DNA from: Candidatus Latescibacterota bacterium
Lineage (GTDB): Bacteria > Latescibacterota > UBA2968 > GCA-2709665
Direction of reading: 5' to 3'
Length of the DNA: 64,000 nt
NCBI GenBank assembly: GCA_965205485.1
Contig: OZ242180.1
Coordinates: 3,680,001 to 3,744,000, forward strand
Shown: positions 20,594 to 30,040 of the stretch, piece after piece
Layout of the letters: every line of letters begins with the position of its first letter
Position numbering within the stretch: the first letter of the stretch is position 1
The notes under the pieces: model-generated
Told to the model about the DNA's origin: nothing
Database searches by the model: none
The model's input: the letters and a program-made list of their open reading frames with translations, nothing else
Position numbers and translations under genes: made by a program

Positions 20594-20641
20594 GAAGAAA
20601 TGTTCACAAACAAAAAAACAGACATATGTCTGTTTTGTCAA
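20594..20641 (-). promoter_or_regulatory. imuA promoter with 22-bp perfect palindrome and a GAAC-N4-CTTC box
   Basis: TTGACA at 20636-20641; AAAACAGACATATGTCTGTTTT at 20615-20636; GAAGAAATGTTC at 20594-20605. Confidence 0.65.
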
Positions 20642-21061
20642 GTGTTTTCTTCCGGCTCTATTTTACCGCGGGTTCCGGGCACAGGGAAAGGCGACGGCGT
20701 CTACCGCAAGAGGCCTTTAGAGATCAAGAAACACGCGGGAGTACCAGAACGCGCCATTGCAGTCCCGGGGCGTGCTCTGTTGACACGGAGATACGACAAG
20801 ACCCCCGCGGATTGCGCCGGGGGTCTCATGTACATAGACAGGTCGCCGGAATCGGGTCTGGGAATCCGGCGACCTGTATTGAAACGCTTTAACTTCGGCT
20901 TTCTGGCAGACTGAGAACTTTCTGAATTTGTATTGCGGGACCGTCAAATACCGTCCGTCGTCGGCAGGGCGGACGCGTTGTGACGAGGATTCCCTTTCTC
21001 TCGCTGGCTGATTTGCGAGAGACATGCCTGCCGTTATAGGCTGCTCATCCCGCTGCGGTGC

Positions 21062-21391
21062 TTATCCTTTGAGGCGATTCAGCGTCCTCTGCACGAGCAC
21101 GGTGACCACACCGGCAAACAGAGAGACACCGGCCAGGTCGACGATCGCATCCAGTTGCTCGCCGATTCCCGGGATGTTGCCAAGTACGTTGGCCATTCCC
21201 GCGCCGCCGACGGCAAGTGCGAGCACGAGGTAGCCTGTGGCGTCCTCAGCGTCGATCGCAACACCCGCATAGGCGAGACCCAGGATGACCAGCACGAGCG
21301 CAAGAATGCCCTCACCGAGGAAAGCGTCGCCAGCCAGGCCCCCAATGATCGCACCGAGGGCGATGAGACCTACGATAACTCTACCTGCCAT
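21062..21391 (-). CDS. Small hypothetical membrane protein (about 4 TM helices)
   Basis: 109 aa, hydrophobic and Gly-rich; strong RBS GGAGGT. Confidence 0.75.
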   Translation of the reverse strand: MAGRVIVGLIALGAIIGGLAGDAFLGEGILALVLVILGLAYAGVAIDAEDATGYLVLALAVGGAGMANVLGNIPGIGEQLDAIVDLAGVSLFAGVVTVLVQRTLNRLKG

Positions 21392-22023
21392 GTCTACCTC
21401 CCTAAAAAATAGTTACGTGCCGCGGACCGTGGACGATTTCGGCCGCAACGGTTACCGACGGAGCGGCGTGGGCGTCAGGAGTGCCTCCCCGTCACGAACA
21501 TCCTGCAAAAAACCACCTTCAGAATTCAGCGAGTCAGCTATTGTGAACCGGTGGAACCGGTCAATACGATCAGCCTGAGGTGCTTCCGTAAGGTGATTCG
21601 CAAACCGCATCGCGCTTGACTTTATCGTATGGACGCCCGATTAGCGGGTTGCGTGATTCGCGGATGGACCTGATATTTTCGATCCATTCACGTGGAATGA
21701 TTTGACGATTGGCAGGTTGGCCTGCCTTGCTCGAATCAGACTGAAGTGCAGACCGTCGTACTACAATGGATAGTGTCTATAGAATGACGTCTGTCGTATA
21801 TGTGGGGGCGTGGGTTGAAAACCGCGGTACAAATGGACTTACACGTGACCCTAATAAAAGCATTGGCGCAAGCCTTGTCAAGTGAATTTATTTAGCGTCA
21901 TTCAGGCGTCATAATTCCGATTTTCATTGGAATAATTCCTGCCGCTTTTGGGCGCTGTCTCCGCGCCTGGATCGTGCCCTGCCGATCTGACCGTGGTCCG
22001 GGAGAACTCGGGAGTCTGTCATT

Positions 22024-22709
22024 TCACTCCTCCAGCACTGCGAGACACGCCTTCAATCGCGGGTCGTGATCCGCGTATTGTCTCAACCACTCCGCGACCG
22101 TCTTGCCATCGGCCATCGCGGCTTCCGGATCCACTCCGCTTGACAGGAGGAATCGCGTCGTCTCCGCATGTCCGTGACCGGCGGCGCAGTACAGGGGAAA
22201 GTGACCGTTGTCCGAGGTGGCATTGACGTCGGCGCCGTAAGCGACCAGCTTTCTGACGATGTCAAGGTCGCCGTTTCGGCAGGCGTGGTGCAGGGCCGTG
22301 TCGCCGCGCGCGTACCGTTCATGCGCCAACCGCGAATCGGCGCGAAGCATGGCGCCCACCCGCTGGACGTTGGCCAGAAAAACCGAGTAGATGAACTGCC
22401 GGGCGACCTCGCTTCCCGGTTTCGTATGCGCGTCGAGTCCGCCGTAAGCGACCAGCAACGACACGATGTCTTTGTTGTCGGGCACTTCGGCGGCATAGTG
22501 TATCGCGTAACCGTCCTGGGCCGCCAGGTCGGCGCCGCGGTCGATCAGGTACTGAACGACTTCGCGGCGGCGGCGCAGGCCGGCGTGGAAGATGGGGCGC
22601 CAGCCGTACTTGTCGTCCTGGTCGACCGCCCCGGGCGTTCCTCCACAATCTTCTTCAGTGTGTCGAGGTCGCCGGTGCTCGCGGCTTCATGAATGGAACC
22701 GGACTCCAT
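22024..22709 (-). pseudogene. Ankyrin repeat protein with one missing base in a G-run at ~22630
   Basis: MESGSIHEAASTGDL...EERP joins AVDQDDKYGWRPIFHA... if one G is restored; downstream GDTALHHAC and GHFPLYCAAG repeats. Confidence 0.75.
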
Positions 22710-22965
22710 TGTTTTCCTCCGTGCGCGCTTGAGGCGAATCCGGGCCAATCGCCCGCGAGTCAGGGCAATGCGTTGCCGGACATGATGCAAGATAGGGCGT
22801 GTATCGGCGTGGAACAAGGAAAATGCGCCTTATGCGGCCGCAATGCGCCGGAAACGGAGGCGGTTTCTTGACGCCTATATATGGAATAGCTATATTCGCA
22901 CGGTTCGCCTGTCGCGGCCCGACAGCGTATCCCTTCAACACCGTCCAATCAGGAGAGGCCGGTCG

Positions 22966-25047
22966 ATGTTTCCCGAACTCGACGTCCCGGTGAGCGCCGT
23001 GCGCGGCGTGGGCGCGAAACGGGAGGAACTGTTGTGTGAGGTTGGGATATCCACCGTCGCGGACCTCCTTCTCTTTCTCCCGTACCGGTACGTGGACCGT
23101 ACGCGCCAGTCGGCCATCGCCGCGCTGCCGGCAGGCGCGGAGGTCACTGCCGTCGCCTCGGTTCGCGGCGGAAACGTGGTGCCTGGCAGGCGGCCCCGGT
23201 TTGTTCTCGTGCTGGAAGACGAATCGGGAACCCTGGAATGCGTCTGGTTTTCGGGTCACCGATATCTTCGGCGGGCGTTCTCGTCCGGCGACCTGCTTGC
23301 CGTCGGGGGCAGGTTGACCCGGTTTGGCCGCAAGCGGCAGATGGTACACCCCGACGTGGAGGTGATTTCGGATGGCGAAGAGGGAACGCGTGTCCATACC
23401 GGGCGCGTGATCCCCGTCTATTCGACGACTGCGCGGATGAAGGCCGAACGCCTCACCAGCCGCGCACTCCGCCGCGTTATCTACCAGGCGCTGGAGGAAG
23501 TGCGCCTGCCGGAACCGTTGCCGGACCCGATGAGGGACCGGTTCGGGGCGCTCTCGCTCGGCGAAGCCGTGAGAAAACTTCACTTTCCGGACGAAATGGC
23601 GGATGTTGAGGCGGCCAGGCGCAGGCTCGCGTTCGATGAACTGCTTTACTTCCAGCTTCGGCTTCGGTCGTTGCAGGCGTTCCGAAACGAAAAATCGGGG
23701 TCCGTTCTTCCCGCGGCGGGCCCGCTGACCGAAAAAATGCTGGGGACGTTGTCCTTCGAACCCACCGGGGCGCAACGCCGCGCGTTGACCGAGATCGGCG
23801 AGGATATGGCGCGCGCCAGGCCGATGCGCCGCCTGTTGCAGGGCGACGTGGGGTCGGGCAAGACGTTGGTGGCAACGGCGGCCATGCTGTCGGCGGTGGA
23901 TGGCGGCGCCCAGGCGGCGCTGATGGCCCCGACGGAGATTCTGGCGGAACAGCACGCACGGACCATCCGGGCCCTTGCGGCCCCGCTGGGGCTGGTGGTC
24001 GCGCTGCTCACGGGTCGGCAACCTCAACGTGAGCGACGCGAGATCCTTCAAGGGCTGGCCTGGGGTCGCGTCCAGATGGTGGTCGGTACGCACGCGCTCC
24101 TGCACGAGGGCGTGGTTTTTGACAGGCTCGGTCTCGCGGTCGTGGACGAGCAGCATCGGTTCGGGGTCCTGCAGCGGGCCGCACTGCTGGAGAAGGAAGG
24201 CGGCGCCCACCTCCTGGTGATGACGGCCACGCCCATCCCGCGGTCACTGGCCCTGACGCTCTACGGGGACCTGGAGGTTACCGTGCTGGACGAGCTGCCT
24301 CCGGGTCGCCAACCGGTGAAGACGGGATGGCGTGCAGCGGCCGACCGTCAAAAAGCCTATCGTTTTCTGCATGAACAGGTTTCGGCGGGCGGTCAGGCCT
24401 ATATCGTCTTTCCCGTAATCGATGACTCCGGAGCCAGGGACATCAGGGCCGCCGCCACGGCATTCGAGGAATTGCGCAACGGCGCGTTGTCGGGATTGAG
24501 GCTGGGGCTGCTGCACGGCCGCCTCCCTCCCGCCGAGAAGGAGGCGGTGATGGCCGCGTTCCGGAAGGGTTCACTGGATGTACTGGTCTCCACCACGGTG
24601 ATCGAAGTGGGCGTGGACGTTCCCGGCGCGACGGTGATGATGGTCGAAAACGCCGAACGGTTCGGCCTGGCGCAACTCCATCAGCTCAGGGGCCGCGTGG
24701 GCCGCGGCGCCGACGTTTCGTATTGTATCCTGATCGCCGACCCGGATGGTGACCTGTCGCCGGACGCGCGCGCGAGGCTGGACGCCATGACCGCCACCGG
24801 CGACGGTTTCGAAATCGCGGAGATGGACCTGAAGATCCGCGGGCCCGGACAGATCTTCGGCACCCGGCAGGCGGGGTATCCTGAATTTCGTTTCGCCGAC
24901 CTGACCCGTGACGTGGACCTGGTCCGGTCGGCCCGGGAGGAAGCGGCTGAACTTCTCGAAAAGGATCCAGACCTCGAGCGCTACGACGCGTTGCGCCGGC
25001 GCGTCGAATCCGTGAACCTCGATGGGCCGCCCGACCGCGCGGGGTGA
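22966..25047 (+). CDS. recG: ATP-dependent DNA helicase RecG
   Basis: LLQGDVGSGKT, DEQHRFG, MTATPIPR, QLHQLRGRVGRG, RGPG; RBS AGGAGAG. Confidence 0.97.
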   Translation: MFPELDVPVSAVRGVGAKREELLCEVGISTVADLLLFLPYRYVDRTRQSAIAALPAGAEVTAVASVRGGNVVPGRRPRFVLVLEDESGTLECVWFSGHRYLRRAFSSGDLLAVGGRLTRFGRKRQMVHPDVEVISDGEEGTRVHTGRVIPVYSTTARMKAERLTSRALRRVIYQALEEVRLPEPLPDPMRDRFGALSLGEAVRKLHFPDEMADVEAARRRLAFDELLYFQLRLRSLQAFRNEKSGSVLPAAGPLTEKMLGTLSFEPTGAQRRALTEIGEDMARARPMRRLLQGDVGSGKTLVATAAMLSAVDGGAQAALMAPTEILAEQHARTIRALAAPLGLVVALLTGRQPQRERREILQGLAWGRVQMVVGTHALLHEGVVFDRLGLAVVDEQHRFGVLQRAALLEKEGGAHLLVMTATPIPRSLALTLYGDLEVTVLDELPPGRQPVKTGWRAAADRQKAYRFLHEQVSAGGQAYIVFPVIDDSGARDIRAAATAFEELRNGALSGLRLGLLHGRLPPAEKEAVMAAFRKGSLDVLVSTTVIEVGVDVPGATVMMVENAERFGLAQLHQLRGRVGRGADVSYCILIADPDGDLSPDARARLDAMTATGDGFEIAEMDLKIRGPGQIFGTRQAGYPEFRFADLTRDVDLVRSAREEAAELLEKDPDLERYDALRRRVESVNLDGPPDRAG

Positions 25048-25157
25048 CGCGGACAGTGTTCGTACTGCGGCGCCGGGCGGTTCATTTGAGGGGGATTGGG
25101 GTTGACACCTTCGGGCTTTTGTGGTACATTCAAAGACTGCTCCCGGTGAGGTTGGCT

Positions 25158-26084
25158 ATGTCCGGAAACGCGCGCCGTATCGCGGTGGTCGGTTCAATCA
25201 ACCGGGATACGATTTGTACGCCCGACGGGACCCGCACGGAAAGCTATGGCGGCATCCTGTACAGTATCGCGGCACTGGACCGGATAGGGTCCGCCACGAT
25301 TTTTCCGGTATGCAACGTGGGGAAAGACGTTGAAGACGCGGTTCGGCGTCTTCTGGGTTCCTGGGCGTCCGTGCAGCTGGATGGCGTCCGGTTCGTACCC
25401 GAACGGAATCCCCACTGTTTTTTAGCCTACGATTCCGGTAACCGGAAGCAGGAAACGCTCCTGGGCGGCGTGCCCGCGCTGGCGATCGAGCGGCTTCGGC
25501 CGTTTCTGGACTGCGATGCGGTCTGCTTCAATTTCATCACAGGGATGGAACTTGAACTGCAGACGATGCGGGCCTTTCGCCGCGAAGCCCGCGGTCTCGT
25601 GCTGATGGACGTACACAGCCTGACGCTGGGAATCGACAACCGCCGCCGCAGGTTTCTTCGCCTTCCGCCCTGCTGGGAGGCGTGGTTGGCCTGTGCCGAT
25701 ATCGTTCAGCTGAACGAGCATGAAGCCGGTCTCCTTGCCGGCGCGTCTCTGCATGGCGCGGGGGCCACCCGCGAATTCGGAGAGAAGGTTCTGGCACTCG
25801 GTCCGGACGTGCTGTTGATTACCCGCGGCGAAGACGGGGCGGATTCCGTTGTCAGAAACCGGCGCGGGGGCGTGGAAATTCAACACTGTCCGGCGCGGCC
25901 CGTGGACGTTCCCGTGGACGAGACCGGGTGCGGCGATGCGTTCCTGATGGGTTTCGCGTGGTCGTTTCTCAATACCGGCAGTGTTCCGGCGGCCGCCAGG
26001 TTCGCCAACCGGGTCGCCGGTGTTACCTGTTGCCTTCGGGGCATCGAGCAGATGGCCCGGATCGGCGACTATCTGAAGCAATGA
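25158..26084 (+). CDS. PfkB family carbohydrate kinase
   Basis: VVGSINRD, QLNEHEA, DETGCGDAF. Confidence 0.85.
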   Translation: MSGNARRIAVVGSINRDTICTPDGTRTESYGGILYSIAALDRIGSATIFPVCNVGKDVEDAVRRLLGSWASVQLDGVRFVPERNPHCFLAYDSGNRKQETLLGGVPALAIERLRPFLDCDAVCFNFITGMELELQTMRAFRREARGLVLMDVHSLTLGIDNRRRRFLRLPPCWEAWLACADIVQLNEHEAGLLAGASLHGAGATREFGEKVLALGPDVLLITRGEDGADSVVRNRRGGVEIQHCPARPVDVPVDETGCGDAFLMGFAWSFLNTGSVPAAARFANRVAGVTCCLRGIEQMARIGDYLKQ

Positions 26085-26156
26085 AAGGTTCGCCCGCCGT
26101 ATTCTTGCGCTCCGGCGGTATTCCGGCGCCAGCCATTTCATCAAGGGGTTTGTTCT

Positions 26157-27158
26157 ATGCAACAATACGATTTCCCTGGTCGGCCCAGTTTCGACCTGTC
26201 CCTCAGCCCGCGGCTGGTCTATTACGGTCTGGGCGTTCTGGTCCTGTTATGGCTGCTCAGCGGAATATATATCGTGCAGCCGGCCGAGCAGGCGGTGGTA
26301 TTGCGGTTCGGCAAGTCCATGGGCGTGGAGGAGCCCGGCATCCACTACCATCTCCCCTGGCCGATCGAGTCGGTGGAAATCGAGCGGGTGAGCGAGGTGA
26401 AGCGGGTGGAGATCGGGTTCAGGACCGTCGCCATTGAGCCGGTGCCGCGCTATCAGACCGTTGCCAGAGAGGCGTCCATGCTCACCGGCGACGAGAATAT
26501 CGTGAACGTCGAACTGATCGTTCAATACCGGATCAGTGACATTGAAGCCTATCTGTTCAATGCCGCCGACCAGGTGCACGCCGTCCGGAGCGTGGTGGAA
26601 GCGGCGCTGCGCCAGGTGCTGGGGCGATCGCCGATCGATGAAGCGCTCACAGAAGGGAAATTCAAGATCCAGGGAGAGATCGAGGAACAGGTCAAAGAGG
26701 TATTCAATCTCTACGATATCGGTCTGCACGTTGAGAACGTGAAGCTGCAGACGGTCTCGGTGCCGCGCGAGGTGGACCACGCGTTCAAGGACGTCGCCAG
26801 CGCCCGGGAAGACCGGGAGCGGCTGCGCAACGAAGCCGAGGCCTATCGGAACGAAGTGATTCCCAGGGCCCGTGGCGAAGCCGAGAAGATGATCCGGGAG
26901 GCGGAGGCGTATACAGTGGAACGCGTCAAGCGATCGCAGGGTGACGCGGAGCGGTTCCTGGAGGTGTTGACCGAGTACAGGAAGGCCAAAGACGTAACCG
27001 AAGTCAGGCTTTATCTGGAAACCATGGAGAAGATCCTGCCGGGTATTCAGAAATACGTGGTGGAGTCCGACGGCAAGGGAAGCGGTTTTCTGAATATGTT
27101 GCAGTTGCAGCCCCGGGCCGCGAGAAGTACTCAACCCGCGACAGCAGGGGGGAACTGA
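26157..27158 (+). CDS. hflK: FtsH modulator HflK
   Basis: SPFH domain, MLTGDENIV, VIPRARGEA, RLYLETME. Confidence 0.95.
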   Translation: MQQYDFPGRPSFDLSLSPRLVYYGLGVLVLLWLLSGIYIVQPAEQAVVLRFGKSMGVEEPGIHYHLPWPIESVEIERVSEVKRVEIGFRTVAIEPVPRYQTVAREASMLTGDENIVNVELIVQYRISDIEAYLFNAADQVHAVRSVVEAALRQVLGRSPIDEALTEGKFKIQGEIEEQVKEVFNLYDIGLHVENVKLQTVSVPREVDHAFKDVASAREDRERLRNEAEAYRNEVIPRARGEAEKMIREAEAYTVERVKRSQGDAERFLEVLTEYRKAKDVTEVRLYLETMEKILPGIQKYVVESDGKGSGFLNMLQLQPRAARSTQPATAGGN

Positions 27159-27160
27159 GG

Positions 27161-28021
27161 ATGAAATCGTTAATCAAGGCTATCGTGGCGGTCGTGCTGG
27201 CGGGTCTCCTCATCGAATCGGTCCTGTTCACGGTGGACGAGCGTGAACAGGTGGTGGTGACCAGGCTGGGAGAACCCAGACGCACCATCAAGAGCCCCGG
27301 CCTGCACTGGAAAGTGCCGTTTGTGGAGCGGCTTCACTCCTTCGACGATCGTCTGCTCTACAGCGACGCGGACCCGGCGCCCATTTACACGCTGGACAAG
27401 AAGAACCTGACCGTCGACAATTTCGCCAGGTGGCGCATTGTCGACCCGCTGAAATTCCTGAAGTCCGTGCAAACGGTTCGCGGCGCCCAGTCCCGGCTGG
27501 ACGATATCATCTACGCGGCGGTCCGCGAGGAGTTGGGCCGGCGGACGCTGGACGAGATCGTCTCCGGGAACCGCAGGGGGATTATGGACAAGGTCACGAC
27601 GCGGTCGCGACAGGACGCCGCGGAACTGGGCGTGGAGGTGGTGGACGTGCGCGTCAAACGCGCTGATCTGCCCGAAGAGAACAAGAAGAACGTATTCGAC
27701 CGGATGAGGGCCGAGCGCGCCCGGCAGGCCAAGGAGTATCGCGCCGAGGGCGAAGAAGCCGCCCTCAAGATCCGCGCGGAGACCGACCTGGAGGTCACGC
27801 GGATCAAGTCCGATGCGTTTCAGAAGTCCCAGCTGATCCGCGGACAGGGGGATGCCGAGGCGTTGGGGATCTATGCGAGTGCATTCCAGAGAGACCCGCG
27901 GTTCTACGAGTTCCAGCGCACCCTCGAAGCCTACGAAAAAACGCTCGGCGAAGGGACCACGGTCGTGCTGCCCCTTCGCACGGACTTCTTCAAATATCTG
28001 GGTAACAGGAAACGGCGATGA
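27161..28021 (+). CDS. hflC: FtsH modulator HflC
   Basis: TLDKKNLTVD, RMRAER, FYEFQRTLEAY. Confidence 0.95.
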   Translation: MKSLIKAIVAVVLAGLLIESVLFTVDEREQVVVTRLGEPRRTIKSPGLHWKVPFVERLHSFDDRLLYSDADPAPIYTLDKKNLTVDNFARWRIVDPLKFLKSVQTVRGAQSRLDDIIYAAVREELGRRTLDEIVSGNRRGIMDKVTTRSRQDAAELGVEVVDVRVKRADLPEENKKNVFDRMRAERARQAKEYRAEGEEAALKIRAETDLEVTRIKSDAFQKSQLIRGQGDAEALGIYASAFQRDPRFYEFQRTLEAYEKTLGEGTTVVLPLRTDFFKYLGNRKRR

Positions 28022-28959
28022 ACGCCCGGCGGTTCTGCCCGTTGATCTGGGCGGTCTGCCTGCTCTGCCGGCCGGTTGCGGCCGGGGGCTGGGAGCGACT
28101 CGAACGGGAAGGACTGACGCTTCGGTTTCAGGATATCGATCGAGAGCCGGCGCGGGTGCTGCTGGATGAGCTGATTTCCGCAAGATCTGACGTCGCGCGG
28201 AAGCTGGGCGGCGGGCAGGACGTCCCGATCATCGTCTACGTAGCCGGTTCACAGGCGCTTTTTCAGTCCGTTACCCGCGGGCTCATCCCCCACTGGGGCG
28301 CGGGTTGCGCCTTCCCCGCCGAACGGATCGCGGTGTTGCGCCTGTTGCCGGGGCAGCGCGGACAGGTCCTGAAAACCGCGCGGCACGAGATATCCCATAT
28401 TCTGCTTCACCAGCTGGCGCGCTCGCGCGTTCCACGCTGGTTCGACGAAGGTGTGGCCATGTGGGCCGCGCAGGAATGGCGGCTGCGGGAAAGCTCCGAG
28501 CTCTCCTACGCGATTTTCTCCGGCGGACTGATTCCGCTGGGTGAAATCGATGGGGTGCTCGGTTTTTCTTCTTCAAAAGCGAGCCTTGCGTATACCGAGA
28601 GCCTGCTGGCCGTCCTGTACCTGATCCATCTGGGCGGTCCCGGCACCGTGGCGCAGATCGTCCAGTCGCTCGGCACGGGGGTCTCGTTCGACGTCGCACT
28701 ATATCGGATCACCGGACTCACGCCCGGGAGATTTGAACGCGAGTGGGCTGAATACGCCGAGGGCCGGTTCAGCGTATCGGCCCTGTTGACATCGGCGGGG
28801 GCGCTATGGTTCTATATGACGCTGCTGGTTCTCGGCGTGTTCGTCGCGGTCCGCGTCCGGAACCGTCGGATTATCGAACAATGGGATGAGGAATCTCCTG
28901 AAGACGCATTGCCGCTGCACCTCCGACTCCGCGTGCGTCGATCCGGAGACAGGACGTGA
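28018..28959 (+). CDS. Peptidase MA-like (gluzincin) membrane-anchored metallopeptidase
   Basis: HEISH...PRWFDEG; signal peptide and C-terminal TM. Confidence 0.8.
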   Translation: MNARRFCPLIWAVCLLCRPVAAGGWERLEREGLTLRFQDIDREPARVLLDELISARSDVARKLGGGQDVPIIVYVAGSQALFQSVTRGLIPHWGAGCAFPAERIAVLRLLPGQRGQVLKTARHEISHILLHQLARSRVPRWFDEGVAMWAAQEWRLRESSELSYAIFSGGLIPLGEIDGVLGFSSSKASLAYTESLLAVLYLIHLGGPGTVAQIVQSLGTGVSFDVALYRITGLTPGRFEREWAEYAEGRFSVSALLTSAGALWFYMTLLVLGVFVAVRVRNRRIIEQWDEESPEDALPLHLRLRVRRSGDRT

Positions 28960-29552
28960 TCGTTGGGGTAACAGGCGGCATCGGCGCCGGCAAGAGCCGT
29001 GTTTGCGACGTCTTCGCCCGTCAGGGCGGGGTCGTAATCGAGGCGGACGAGGTGGGGCGTGCGGCGGTGGACGCCCCGGCGGTATTGCGGGCGCTGGCAG
29101 AGACGTTCGGCCGCGACATCCTGGATGAAAACGGCGCCATGGTACGCCGTGAACTGGGCCGGCGCGCTTTCGCGTCAAACGAGGCGCGGGACCGCCTGAA
29201 CGCCATCGTTTGGCCCACGCTGGTGGAAAAGCTGAAGGACTGCATCCGGAGCGCGCTCGCACAATATCCCGAACGCCCGGTGGTGATCGATGCGGCCCTG
29301 ATCCTGGAGTGGGGTGAGCATCGTGAACTATGCGACGTTCTGGTGGTAGTCACGGCGCCGGAGACGGTCCGGATCCGGCGGGCGATGGAGCGGAAGGGGC
29401 TGTCGGAGGCGGAAGTCAGGGAACGGATGGCGTGCCAACTGCCGGAGTCCGAAAAGGTTGAGGCCGCGGACTTCGTGATCGAAAACGCCGGGTCCGCGGC
29501 AGAACTGGAATCCGTCGCGCTTTCAGTCTGGCGACTGATTGTCAGACCCTGA
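28956..29552 (+). CDS. coaE: Dephospho-CoA kinase
   Basis: VGVTGGIGAGKS, LNAIVWP, ADFVIEN. Confidence 0.95.
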   Translation: MIVGVTGGIGAGKSRVCDVFARQGGVVIEADEVGRAAVDAPAVLRALAETFGRDILDENGAMVRRELGRRAFASNEARDRLNAIVWPTLVEKLKDCIRSALAQYPERPVVIDAALILEWGEHRELCDVLVVVTAPETVRIRRAMERKGLSEAEVRERMACQLPESEKVEAADFVIENAGSAAELESVALSVWRLIVRP

Positions 29553-29752
29553 CGAAAGAGACTTTAGAGAATTACGCGACCGGTTTCCATTGAATCGGAA
29601 CTGCAAACGACATTCGTTCGAACGACTGAATGACCCCGACGGGATCCTCCATCGGGGTCTCATCTTTGTCCAGCGGTGTACAGATTGTCATGGATATAAG
29701 AAAACGCTCGTATTGTAACGTCCAAATAAAGAAACGAACGCTTCATAAATAC

Positions 29753-29781
29753 TTGACATGCGTACCGGTACGCGATACATT
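29753..29781 (+). promoter_or_regulatory. Sigma70-type promoter with palindromic operator in the spacer
   Basis: TTGACA-17 bp-TACATT; spacer holds perfect palindrome GCGTACCGGTACGC (29760-29773). Confidence 0.7.
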
Positions 29782-30040
29782 CACTGCGGGGTAACGTTCT
29801 CCCTCAACGCGGCCCCATATGTCCGCGAGAACACGCATATTCCGGGAAATCGTCGCCCGGAAATGCCCTGCACGACCCCCTCCCACGGATAGATCTCTTC
29901 GAATTCACTCCCCCCGGCCCGATCTTTCGGGATTACAACTTGCTGTAAATCTGTCGATTGACGAATTGACCTGGAATTAAGCGAATGCCGTCCGGTACGG
30001 CGTCGAGCGGTGTAACCACAACCAGCGCGGGGTAAACGCC

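Noticed and set aside
21863..21878. Sigma54-like TGGCGC-N5-TTGT
   Set aside because: Lacks the -12 GC, has no plus-strand gene downstream, and overlaps a better minus-strand sigma70 promoter.
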